A stretch of 53,601 nt of DNA from sequence record DRR723986_13570. The stretch is one strand, 5' to 3'. Positions 8,856-17,355 of the stretch are shown piece after piece (position 1 is the stretch's first letter; the number at the start of each line of letters is the position of its first letter). Position numbers and translations under genes: made by a program. Below the pieces are notes generated by a model that had not been told where the DNA came from, made no database searches, and saw only the letters and a list, made by a program, of their open reading frames with translations.

Positions 8856-10088
8856 ATGAAGAAAATAGTTGCAATCAGTTTATTAATTTTTATTTCAACA
8901 GCCTCTATCGCTCAAGTCTCAGCTTATAAGTTTGGTAAAGGGTTAAATATTTATGGAGCAGATTCAAGTTTCTATATGAAATTCGGAATGCGTTTTCAAA
9001 ATTTGTTCTCAAACGAATGGGATGTGACCAATGATGACTTAAGTCAGATAGAAAATTATGATGCCAACTTTTTGGTGAGACGAGCACGACTTAAATTTAA
9101 CGGTTATGCCTTTACACCTAAGTTGAAATGGAAAATGGAGCTAGGACTTTCTAATAGAGATATTAGTGGTGGAAATACTCCACAACACAGAAATGTTGCA
9201 AGAGTAATTTTAGATGCATGGGCCGATTGGAACTTCGCAGGTAACTTCTCATTGAAAATTGGACAGGGCAAGTTACCTGGTAACAGAGAGCGTGTAATTT
9301 CTTCAGGTAACCTTCAGTTTGTAGATCGATCAAGAGTTAATAGTCGATTTAATATAGACCGTGATATGGGATTACAGTTGACACATCACATGACTTTAGG
9401 AAAACAGTTTTATATCAAAGAATGGGCCTGTTTAACGCAAGGTGAAGGAAGAGATATCACAGGTGGATTTAATGGTGGATTTGATTATACTTTGAGAGTA
9501 GAAATGATGCCATTCGGAAAATTTGCTTCAAAAGGTGATTATGTAGGTGCAGATTTGAAAAGAGAGGAGAAACCAAAACTTTCAATAGGAGCTTCTTATG
9601 ATATCAACGTTAATTCAATTAGAGAAAGAGGCCAGTTAGGATCTTTTATTCAAGATGCCAATGGAGATTACCATGGTAAAACCCTACAAACTTTATTTGT
9701 TGATTTAATGTTTAAATACAAAGGTTTTTCTGTGATGGCCGAGTATGCTAATAAGCAAACGGCAGATGGAGATTACAATGTTTATGACGACTCGTCAAAT
9801 GTTGTTGGAACTATGTATACTGGAGAAGGTTTGAATGTTCAAGCTGGATATGCCTTCAAAAATAATTATGAGGTTGCTTTAAGGATGACAAATATACGTC
9901 CTGACTTTGGAGTTTCTGCTAATGAAAATGAGTACGGAATTTGTTTATCAAAATATTTTGTAGGTCATAAGTTGAAGGTTCAAACAGATATAAATTATAG
10001 ACAACGATACGTTTACGGGTCAACAGCACCTGATCAAGGAGCGACAGATAATTTGTTTTATCGTATCCAGATGGATTTGCACTTTTAA
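8856..10088 (+). CDS. Phosphate-selective porin OprO/OprP family
   Basis: Signal peptide, FLVRRARLKFNG, GQGKLPGNRERVISSGNLQFVDRS, DRDMG, C-terminal F; divergent from the Na/Pi transporter. Confidence 0.85.
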   Translation: MKKIVAISLLIFISTASIAQVSAYKFGKGLNIYGADSSFYMKFGMRFQNLFSNEWDVTNDDLSQIENYDANFLVRRARLKFNGYAFTPKLKWKMELGLSNRDISGGNTPQHRNVARVILDAWADWNFAGNFSLKIGQGKLPGNRERVISSGNLQFVDRSRVNSRFNIDRDMGLQLTHHMTLGKQFYIKEWACLTQGEGRDITGGFNGGFDYTLRVEMMPFGKFASKGDYVGADLKREEKPKLSIGASYDINVNSIRERGQLGSFIQDANGDYHGKTLQTLFVDLMFKYKGFSVMAEYANKQTADGDYNVYDDSSNVVGTMYTGEGLNVQAGYAFKNNYEVALRMTNIRPDFGVSANENEYGICLSKYFVGHKLKVQTDINYRQRYVYGSTAPDQGATDNLFYRIQMDLHF

Positions 10089-10141
10089 CAATTTGATAAT
10101 ATTGGTAAATAATCTAATGAACCAATAGCCAGTTATTTTTG
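10085..10141 (+). promoter_or_regulatory. chrA-regulator promoter: tandem box TTAACAA-tttg-ATAATAT plus -7 TATTTTTG
   Basis: Heptamers at 10085-10091 and 10096-10102; -7 at 10134-10141; 31-nt gap. Confidence 0.6.
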
Positions 10142-10156
10142 TCAAAAACAAGGAAT

Positions 10157-11293
10157 TTGGAAGAGGATAAAAAAGGAACATTATTAGAGGTGGCCAAGGT
10201 TTTTTTTAAACTTGGCTGCTTTGCGTTTGGGGGACCCGCTGCTCATATTGCCATGATGGAAGAGGAGGTGGTCACCAAACGAAAATGGATGACTAAACAA
10301 TATTTTCTTGATTTAATTGGGGCCACTAATTTGGTTCCTGGGCCCAATTCAACTGAGATGACTATGCATTGTGGTCATGAACGAGCAGGGTGGAAAGGCT
10401 TGTTTGTGGCAGGAATTTGTTTTATTGTTCCTGCCATCATCATAACGGGAATTTTTGGTTGGGTATATGCCGAGTATGGGCATTTAGAAGGAATCAAACC
10501 TTTTTTTAATGGAATTCAAGCTGTTGTTATTGCAATCATTCTAGGCGCGGTTATCAAATTAGGTAAAAAAGCACTAAAAAATTGGGAATTGGGAGTGCTT
10601 GGTGTTTTGGCCTTAGCCGGAACGCTTTTTGGCTTGAGCGAAATTTATGCATTGCTAATGGCCGGTGCTTTAGGAACCCTATATTTTTATTCTAAACATA
10701 AAATAGGAGGGCCAACTAAAGCAGTTTTGCCACTTATTTTATTACAAACATCCTCACCTGTAATGGCTTCGGTTACAACGGCTAAAGTATTTTGGTCATT
10801 TCTAAAAGTTGGGTCAATATTATACGGGAGTGGAATGGTTTTGGTCGCCTATTTGAAGGTAGAGCTGGTTGAACCAGGTTTGTTAACTGCAGAACAATTA
10901 AATCATGCCATTGCGGTTGGACAAATGACACCTGGCCCGGTTTTATCTACGGCAACTTTTATCGGTTATCAAATGACGGGATTGGGTGGAGCACTTGCTG
11001 CTACGGCAGGTATGTTTTTACCGTCTTTTTTGTTCGTGTTGATCTTAAAGCCTTTAGTTCCCAAGATGCGAAAATCAAAAATTTTGGGCTATTTCCTTGA
11101 TTGTGTAAATGTCGGAGCAGTTGCAATAATGGTTTCAGCTTTGATTTATTTGACGCAAACAGCTATCGTAGATTGGCAATCTATCGTAATTTTGGGTGTG
11201 GCGCTTGCCTATACTTTTGGTGTAAAAAAATCTAATCCTATTTATTTAATAGTCGGAGGAGCAATTCTCGGCTATGTGCTCTATATGTTCTAG
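10157..11293 (+). CDS. chrA: Chromate ion transporter (CHR) family, long-chain ChrA-like oxyanion transporter
   Basis: FGGPAAH, LVPGPNS, LYGSG, GQMTPGP in two homologous halves; TTG 10157 chosen because the ORF-track start overlaps the -7 element. Confidence 0.88.
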   Translation: MEEDKKGTLLEVAKVFFKLGCFAFGGPAAHIAMMEEEVVTKRKWMTKQYFLDLIGATNLVPGPNSTEMTMHCGHERAGWKGLFVAGICFIVPAIIITGIFGWVYAEYGHLEGIKPFFNGIQAVVIAIILGAVIKLGKKALKNWELGVLGVLALAGTLFGLSEIYALLMAGALGTLYFYSKHKIGGPTKAVLPLILLQTSSPVMASVTTAKVFWSFLKVGSILYGSGMVLVAYLKVELVEPGLLTAEQLNHAIAVGQMTPGPVLSTATFIGYQMTGLGGALAATAGMFLPSFLFVLILKPLVPKMRKSKILGYFLDCVNVGAVAIMVSALIYLTQTAIVDWQSIVILGVALAYTFGVKKSNPIYLIVGGAILGYVLYMF

Positions 11294-11320
11294 AAATTCT
11301 TAATTTAGAATTTTAGAAGC

Positions 11321-12004
11321 ATGAACAAATCAATCCTAATTATTGATGATGAACAAGATATTCGTGTCTTGTTAAAGTATAATCTTGAAAAAGAAGGATT
11401 TACTATTGCGGAGGCTGAAAACGGGCAGCTGGGTATTGAACTCGCCTTGAAATTTAATCCAGATTTAATTTTATTGGATGTGATGATGCCGGATATGGAT
11501 GGCATTGAAACTTGTGAGAAGATTAAAACGCATGACTCGCTTAAAAACACCATGATTTGTTTTTTAACCGCCAGGGGAGAAGATTACTCCCAAATTGCAG
11601 GTTTTGATGCAGGTGCTGATGATTATATCACGAAGCCCATTAAGCCGAAAGTTTTGGTTAGCCGAATCCATGCACTCTTAAGAAGACAATCAGATGTTCA
11701 ATCTGAAGATACAACTTCAAGTTCTGAAAGTAATGCAGGCATTGTTTTGGATAGAGAAAAGTACAAAGTATTTAAGGATGGTCAGCCCGTTAAATTACCA
11801 CGAAAAGAGTTTGAATTATTGGCCCTTATCATGTCAAAACCTGAAAAGGTGTTTCACAGAGATGAAATAATGAATAAGGTTTGGGGAACAGAAGTAGTGG
11901 TTGGAGACCGAACTATTGATGTTCACATCAGAAAACTCCGAAAAAAATTAGGAGAAGAACATATCCATACCATAAAAGGAGTTGGGTATAAATACGAAGC
12001 TTAA
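11321..12004 (+). CDS. OmpR/PhoB-family response regulator (PhoB/PhoP-like), copy 1
   Basis: IIDDE, LLDVMMP, FLTAR, ADDYITKP, wHTH DRTIDVHIRKLR, TIKGVGY. Confidence 0.92.
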   Translation: MNKSILIIDDEQDIRVLLKYNLEKEGFTIAEAENGQLGIELALKFNPDLILLDVMMPDMDGIETCEKIKTHDSLKNTMICFLTARGEDYSQIAGFDAGADDYITKPIKPKVLVSRIHALLRRQSDVQSEDTTSSSESNAGIVLDREKYKVFKDGQPVKLPRKEFELLALIMSKPEKVFHRDEIMNKVWGTEVVVGDRTIDVHIRKLRKKLGEEHIHTIKGVGYKYEA

Positions 12005-12014
12005 TTAATCGCAT

Positions 12015-12050
12015 AAAAAAAGCCTGTCTCTTTTCGAGAGACAGGCTTTT
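12015..12050. terminator. Bidirectional intrinsic terminator
   Basis: AAAAGCCTGTCTCT-tttcg-AGAGACAGGCTTTT perfect stem between convergent genes. Confidence 0.9.
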
Positions 12051-12067
12051 ATATTTTTAAAGAGGGA

Positions 12068-13318
12068 TTATAAATCTCTTGTCCATCCTGAAGTCCATCC
12101 TGAATCAGCTCCAACTCCGTTTCCGTTAACTGCGGTTGATCCTAGGTTAGCAGCATTTGTGCTGTCTGTTCCAACAGTTGCAGCAACGACCCAATCATTG
12201 GTTACATTAGATGTTGTTACGTTTGTCACTTGGAAATTTCCAGCAGTTACATTCGCAACGGTAACGTCATGTTGAATATCAATTCCATCTTTCGCATCCT
12301 GAATATATACGTTGTCTAAGTTCACAGCCGTACCTTCTCTTAATTTGATGGCATCTTTGCCAGCAGAAACACCTCTTCCGTAAATTGAAAGTTTAGAAAT
12401 AGTTGGGTAAGACATTGGTGTTGCAGCATTGTTAGAACCATTGTTGTCAGCCTCAATTCCTCTATCTCCTAATGAAGGGTCTTGTTCAACGATCCAGTTT
12501 TCACCAGTTCCTATCCAACCATGAGTCCAATCGAATGAATCATCACCATTTCCTGTTGAAACCGCGTAAGATAAGTTTGCTGCTCCACCAAAAAACTCAA
12601 AGCCATCATCATTTCCTCTGTAGGCTTGTAAGTGGTGCAAGGTTGTTCCTGATCCAACACCGTTAAAAGAAAATCCATTTAATTCGTTGTCAGTAGATAA
12701 TAATTTACCAGCATATTCAACTCTTACATAACACATGGTTCCTGAGTTGTCGGTGTTATCTGTTCCACCATAAGTTCCTGTGTTTCCTTCACCCTCAGCA
12801 GTAGCGCCAACGTTAATTTCAGCATAACCGTTTAAGATGATTCCTCCCCATGCTCCTGGAGCAGGATTGTCAGCAACTGGTGTAAATACAATTGGTGCAG
12901 AAGCTGTTCCGCATGCATTAATCATTGCACCTTGTTGAATTGATAAGAAAGGAACTGTTCCGTCATCAGCTGTATGAACTGTTGTTCCTGCTTCAATCGT
13001 TAAAGTAACTCCGTCATTAACAAATACGCCACCAGATAATAACCAGTTTGAAGAAGCATCTAAAGTTAAATCTGCAGTAATATTTCCAGATAATTGTTTG
13101 TATTCAACTCCATTTATAACTTGATCATCCCAAGGATTGTCTGTATAAGTACATGGGTTGTCTTTGTCTTCTTTTTTGGCTTCTGCATTGTAATTGTCTG
13201 CAGTTGGATCTGTACATCCTTTCTTCTTACAAGAAGGAGTTGCCATGATAACACCTCCTAAAAGTGCCATTCCAATGATAGTTGATTTTCTTAGTTTCAT
13301 TTCTTTTATTTTTCTCAT
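12068..13318 (-). CDS. Surface lipoprotein with beta-helix-like Gly/Asn/Asp repeats, probable partner of the adjacent TonB-dependent receptor
   Basis: Lipobox ATPS-C then KKK..D; GCTDPTADNYN motif; WGGIILNG, YVRVEYAG, NELNGF, DDGFEFFGG, DDSFDW, GIEADN. Confidence 0.75.
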   Translation of the reverse strand: MRKIKEMKLRKSTIIGMALLGGVIMATPSCKKKGCTDPTADNYNAEAKKEDKDNPCTYTDNPWDDQVINGVEYKQLSGNITADLTLDASSNWLLSGGVFVNDGVTLTIEAGTTVHTADDGTVPFLSIQQGAMINACGTASAPIVFTPVADNPAPGAWGGIILNGYAEINVGATAEGEGNTGTYGGTDNTDNSGTMCYVRVEYAGKLLSTDNELNGFSFNGVGSGTTLHHLQAYRGNDDGFEFFGGAANLSYAVSTGNGDDSFDWTHGWIGTGENWIVEQDPSLGDRGIEADNNGSNNAATPMSYPTISKLSIYGRGVSAGKDAIKLREGTAVNLDNVYIQDAKDGIDIQHDVTVANVTAGNFQVTNVTTSNVTNDWVVAATVGTDSTNAANLGSTAVNGNGVGADSGWTSGWTRDL

Positions 13319-13330
13319 TTATTATTGATA

Positions 13331-13422
13331 CAAATATCGGTAGCTTACGTGCCAATGCATTTAAGCTGAGGTTATACTTAGGTTATCTAATGGTGAATTG
13401 CTACTTAACATTGGCTTAAGAT
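13331..13422 (-). promoter_or_regulatory. Lipoprotein promoter: -7 GATATTTG plus ATAACCT-aagt-ATAACCT, with an extra oppositely oriented pair TTAACAT-tggc-TTAAGAT
   Basis: -7 at 13331-13338; heptamers at 13369-13375 and 13380-13386 (30-nt gap); + strand pair at 13405-13411 and 13416-13422. Confidence 0.7.
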
Positions 13423-13427
13423 TGAAC

Positions 13428-13460
13428 AAAAAAAGCGATTGCCAAATGGCGAATCGCTTT
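13428..13460 (-). terminator. Intrinsic terminator of the TonB-dependent receptor gene
   Basis: Minus strand AAAGCGATTCGCCA-tt-TGGCAATCGCTTTTTTT. Confidence 0.85.
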
Positions 13461-13489
13461 AGAAAGTACTTTGAGCTACTAAACGTCAA

Positions 13490-16450
13490 TTAATCTACTT
13501 TCTGTTTTTTAGAATTTGTTTTACCAATAAAATTGTAGGATAATGATAAACTAAAATCAATTCCTCTTCTAAAACTCGATACTTGTAATTCTTGACCTAC
13601 ATTTTGCATGTCTTCTTGAACTACATTAATGAATGGATTCAATAAGTTTTTTCCTTTTATTCCGATAGAGAAACGCTCATCAAATGTAATTTTTGACACA
13701 AGGTTAAGCGTTCCCACTGGCTGAGCGTATTGATCACCAATTCCATTACCTCCTACTGCAACTAATCTTCTTCCAAAGACATTGTAAGCCAATGCAACTA
13801 ATACATCTTTAGATTTTCCATCTTCATTTTTTAATCGCTTTTGGTATCTGAGGTCTAAGTTCACAAGATACGGAGATGCTCCTTCCAATGGTCTTCTATA
13901 ATTCGTGCTGATATTTCCCGCATCCAATGTATCAATGGTAACTTGTGTCCACATATAAGATGCATTAAATCCTAATCCGAAATCTTTTAAGAAAGATGAA
14001 TCTCTGTTCTCTTCTTTAACTAAGAAATCTAAACTTCTAACATACTCAACTTCTACACCAGCTACATGCCCTTGTTTGGCATTTGAAAAACTGGCTAATT
14101 GGCCAGATGCTGTACCTCTCATAGTTTGTTCGATAGGATTTTTTAGGTATTTGTAAAACCCTCCGATAGTAATCATTTGACCTGGGCTAGGGTATCTCTC
14201 ATATCTGAAATCAACGTTATAATTCTCACCATTTTTCAAAGTATCGTTTCCTTGGGCTTTAGTACCAGCAAAGAATTGGATATACTGAAATGGCGCTACT
14301 TCGTTAAACTTAGGACGGGTAAGTGTTTTGCTTGCTACGAATCTGAAAACATCTTTTTCAGACGCATCATATTTTAAAATTAGGCTAGGTAGCAGGCCTT
14401 GCATTGGGTCGTTTGGTACAATTGTATTGTTAAATTCAGAAGGTACTGTTTGATTTCTATTATACACTCTTTGATAACCATCTTCAAATCTGATTCCAGG
14501 TGTTACTTGTAATTTATTGAATCTGAACTTCGCATCTACGTAACCTGCTAACACTGTTTGCTCAGCCAAATATGATGAACCAAAGTTCGACAACTCATCT
14601 ATATAGAACAATCCACTTGTGTGATTTTCGTTAGATAGATAATAATCTGTGTTGTAGATGTCAATTGGCTGAATGCTGTCAGATAAGGCTTTAATGTTGT
14701 AGTTGTATTGTTTATAATCGAATTCTCTGGTTTTGGTCTTATAATCCACACCAGCTCTGATAGTAATTAAGTCAACCACTTCAACTTGTTTACGTTTGTT
14801 CAATTCTTCTTTAAATTTCAATACGTAAGCCACCTGACCCTTTGCCGCAATTTCTTGCTCTTTTAATATTGAGAAAAAGCGGTGATTTTCATTAACATCT
14901 AAGGCGTTCCACATATCGTAAGCACCTGTTTCTTCTCTGTCTCCTGTGTATAATGCTACTAATTGTCTTCTGTCCGGTTCTTTGCTTCCGGTAAAACTTA
15001 CTGATCCACGCCAATCAACAATTAAGCGCGCGAAGTTTTTGTCTTCTTTATGGGTCATTAGTTTATGCGTTCCAATAACTTGATTTACGTTGAGGTAGTT
15101 TTGAGAGTAAGTCATTCTTCTAGAGTAAACATTGAAAGGGTCATAGTCAAAATGATATCCCCATGTTTCTCTTGTTTCATCATCTGATTTATTCACGAAA
15201 ATTGAATTGAATGAAATGTTATGATTAGGGTTTAAACGCAAATACAAGTTCAATAGCCCAGTAGTTGAGGTTTCATAATTGTACTTATAAACATCATAGT
15301 TTAATCGCTCTTCAGATTGTGCATTGATGATTTTTACAACACCTTCTTGGTAAGATAGCTTATTATCATTTTTAAGTAAAGCCATGATCCCAAAACCTTT
15401 AGATTTATCTTCTGATTTTGAGAAAGGAATAAACCCTCCGCCTGTCATTGAAATGCTTGTGTTAGGTCTGGCAGTTTTCTCAATTAACCCAAAATTATTT
15501 TGAAAATCTGATCCTATATCTGGGTTAGTATTGTATAACTTGTCTGGAAATAAATCGTTGACACCAGGGAAAGAAGTTAAATCTTTTGAATTCGCGTAAA
15601 CGCCTTCAGGGATGTCTCTAGTGCCGTCATCAAACCCAAGAAAGTCTAATTTCCCTCCATTATAGGTTTTGAACGTTCTACCCGTAGTTTGAGAATTACC
15701 TCCAGTGCTCATAGACATTTTGAATGTCGGCTCATTGTAAAAGCTTTTGGTGGTGATATTGAAAGCACCTCCTGCAAAATCACCATAAAATTCTGGAGAC
15801 ATTACCTTAGAAACTTGAACAGAGCTGACCACATCAGTTGGGAACAAATCAAGAGGAATCACTCTAAAGTCTGGGTCGGGAGAGGGTAATGGTAATCCAT
15901 TCATGTAAACCACATTGTATCGATCACCTAATCCTCTTACATATAAAACCGACCCTACAGTTGACAATCCCGTAATTTTTTTCGTTGCATCTGCGACATC
16001 ACCAGCACCTTTTTGCTCCATTTGTGAAGCAGTTTGAACAGTAACTACTTTGTTATCATCTTTCGTGTCTTTTGCTGCTTTAATCTCAGATCCACCTCCG
16101 CTTGAAATTTTACCATTTACAACTACAACTGGCAATTCGTCATTGGCAGACATTTGAACATCTAGTTTTGAAACTTCTCCTGCTTTTACCATGAAGGTTA
16201 TGGTATCTTTTCTCATTCCCGTATACGAAACCATAATTCTATGCTCTCCTGGAGAAAGGTTAAAATTGAAATGACCGTCAAAATCGGTTTGAGCAAATTT
16301 GCCTTCATTCAATTCAACAACTTTAGCAAATACTAATGGCTCTTTTTTACCATCTTCTATTTTAAATAGATTACCATTTACGGTTCCTGTTTGTCCAAAA
16401 GAACTAAACAACAACCCTGCGAACAATGCGATTAAACTTATTTTTTTCAT
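13490..16450 (-). CDS. TonB-dependent receptor with N-terminal CarboxypepD_reg-like domain
   Basis: Signal peptide, QTDFDGHF, plug motif VRGLGDRYN..MNGLPLPS, SKTLTRP, YKYLKNPIE, GVEVE barrel motifs; ATG 16450. Confidence 0.92.
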   Translation of the reverse strand: MKKISLIALFAGLLFSSFGQTGTVNGNLFKIEDGKKEPLVFAKVVELNEGKFAQTDFDGHFNFNLSPGEHRIMVSYTGMRKDTITFMVKAGEVSKLDVQMSANDELPVVVVNGKISSGGGSEIKAAKDTKDDNKVVTVQTASQMEQKGAGDVADATKKITGLSTVGSVLYVRGLGDRYNVVYMNGLPLPSPDPDFRVIPLDLFPTDVVSSVQVSKVMSPEFYGDFAGGAFNITTKSFYNEPTFKMSMSTGGNSQTTGRTFKTYNGGKLDFLGFDDGTRDIPEGVYANSKDLTSFPGVNDLFPDKLYNTNPDIGSDFQNNFGLIEKTARPNTSISMTGGGFIPFSKSEDKSKGFGIMALLKNDNKLSYQEGVVKIINAQSEERLNYDVYKYNYETSTTGLLNLYLRLNPNHNISFNSIFVNKSDDETRETWGYHFDYDPFNVYSRRMTYSQNYLNVNQVIGTHKLMTHKEDKNFARLIVDWRGSVSFTGSKEPDRRQLVALYTGDREETGAYDMWNALDVNENHRFFSILKEQEIAAKGQVAYVLKFKEELNKRKQVEVVDLITIRAGVDYKTKTREFDYKQYNYNIKALSDSIQPIDIYNTDYYLSNENHTSGLFYIDELSNFGSSYLAEQTVLAGYVDAKFRFNKLQVTPGIRFEDGYQRVYNRNQTVPSEFNNTIVPNDPMQGLLPSLILKYDASEKDVFRFVASKTLTRPKFNEVAPFQYIQFFAGTKAQGNDTLKNGENYNVDFRYERYPSPGQMITIGGFYKYLKNPIEQTMRGTASGQLASFSNAKQGHVAGVEVEYVRSLDFLVKEENRDSSFLKDFGLGFNASYMWTQVTIDTLDAGNISTNYRRPLEGASPYLVNLDLRYQKRLKNEDGKSKDVLVALAYNVFGRRLVAVGGNGIGDQYAQPVGTLNLVSKITFDERFSIGIKGKNLLNPFINVVQEDMQNVGQELQVSSFRRGIDFSLSLSYNFIGKTNSKKQKVD

Positions 16451-16468
16451 AACGTTCAAATTCTTGTG

Positions 16469-16618
16469 CAAAGTTATGATGATGGCATCCAGGAGTTTTA
16501 ATAAAGGGTGTTATCAATAAGTTAAACATCATTAACATAGCCTTAACATTCAAGAAATTCATTTAACAATTGCATAACCTAGCCGAAACGTTTATGCGAT
16601 ACTGTAGGTGTAATTTTG
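16469..16618. promoter_or_regulatory. Divergent promoters (receptor and regulator 2), each with a -7 element and a tandem 11-bp-period box, plus a central TTAACAT-agcc-TTAACAT pair
   Basis: - strand: -7 TAACTTTG 16469-16476, boxes 16508-16514 and 16519-16525. Central pair 16532-16538 and 16543-16549. + strand: boxes 16563-16569 and 16574-16580, -7 TAATTTTG 16611-16618. Confidence 0.75.
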
Positions 16619-16639
16619 TAGAAATAAATGAAGTGAGAT

Positions 16640-17302
16640 ATGGATGGATTGAAATTATTGATTGTAGATGACGAGCCAGATATTGTAGACCTGTTGGCTT
16701 ATAATTTCGAGCAGGAAAACATGCGAGTAAAAAAGGCTTATAATGGTTCTGAAGCCATAGATCTAGTTAACAATTTCGCTCCTGATGTTATTTTATTGGA
16801 TGTGATGTTGCCAGATGTTGATGGCATTGATGTGTGTGAACAAATCAGAAAAATTCCAGGGAACGAAAACACGATCATTATCTTTTTATCTGCAAGAGGT
16901 GAAGACTATTCTCAAGTTGCTGGATATAAAGCAGGAGCTGACGACTATGTGGTGAAACCGGTAAGGCTTAAAATTTTAAAGCACAAAATTGAGGTATTTA
17001 CTCAGCGTTTGATACAAAATCACACTAAAATTGAAACGTCAATTTCTATTGATAAAGATCGTTACTCCGTGCGTTATGAAGGAGAAGAATTCATTATCCC
17101 GAAAAAGGAATTTGAGTTACTAGCTTTATTGCTGAGCTCTCCTGAAAAAGTTTTTCGTAGAGATCAAATATTGAGAGATGTTTGGGGAGACACTGTGATT
17201 GGAGATAGAACAATTGATGTTCATGTCAGAAAACTTCGTGAACGATTTGGCGATACTGTAATTCAGACCATCAAAGGAGTAGGTTATAAATTTGCGGGAT
17301 AA
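16640..17302 (+). CDS. OmpR/PhoB-family response regulator (PhoB/PhoP-like), copy 2
   Basis: IVDDE, LLDVMLP, FLSAR, ADDYVVKP, DRTIDVHVRKLR, TIKGVGY. Confidence 0.92.
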   Translation: MDGLKLLIVDDEPDIVDLLAYNFEQENMRVKKAYNGSEAIDLVNNFAPDVILLDVMLPDVDGIDVCEQIRKIPGNENTIIIFLSARGEDYSQVAGYKAGADDYVVKPVRLKILKHKIEVFTQRLIQNHTKIETSISIDKDRYSVRYEGEEFIIPKKEFELLALLLSSPEKVFRRDQILRDVWGDTVIGDRTIDVHVRKLRERFGDTVIQTIKGVGYKFAG

Positions 17303-17340
17303 AAAAATCCCGTCTCAGTAAAACCAAGACAGGATTATTT
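17301..17340. terminator. Intrinsic terminator between convergent genes
   Basis: AAAAAAATCCCGTCT-cagtaaaacca-AGACAGGATT hairpin. Confidence 0.75.
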
Positions 17341-17355
17341 AAATGGCTTAAAAGC

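Noticed and set aside
10157-11293. chrA as part of a mobile metal-resistance element
   Set aside because: No transposase, integrase, terminal repeats or other chr genes seen
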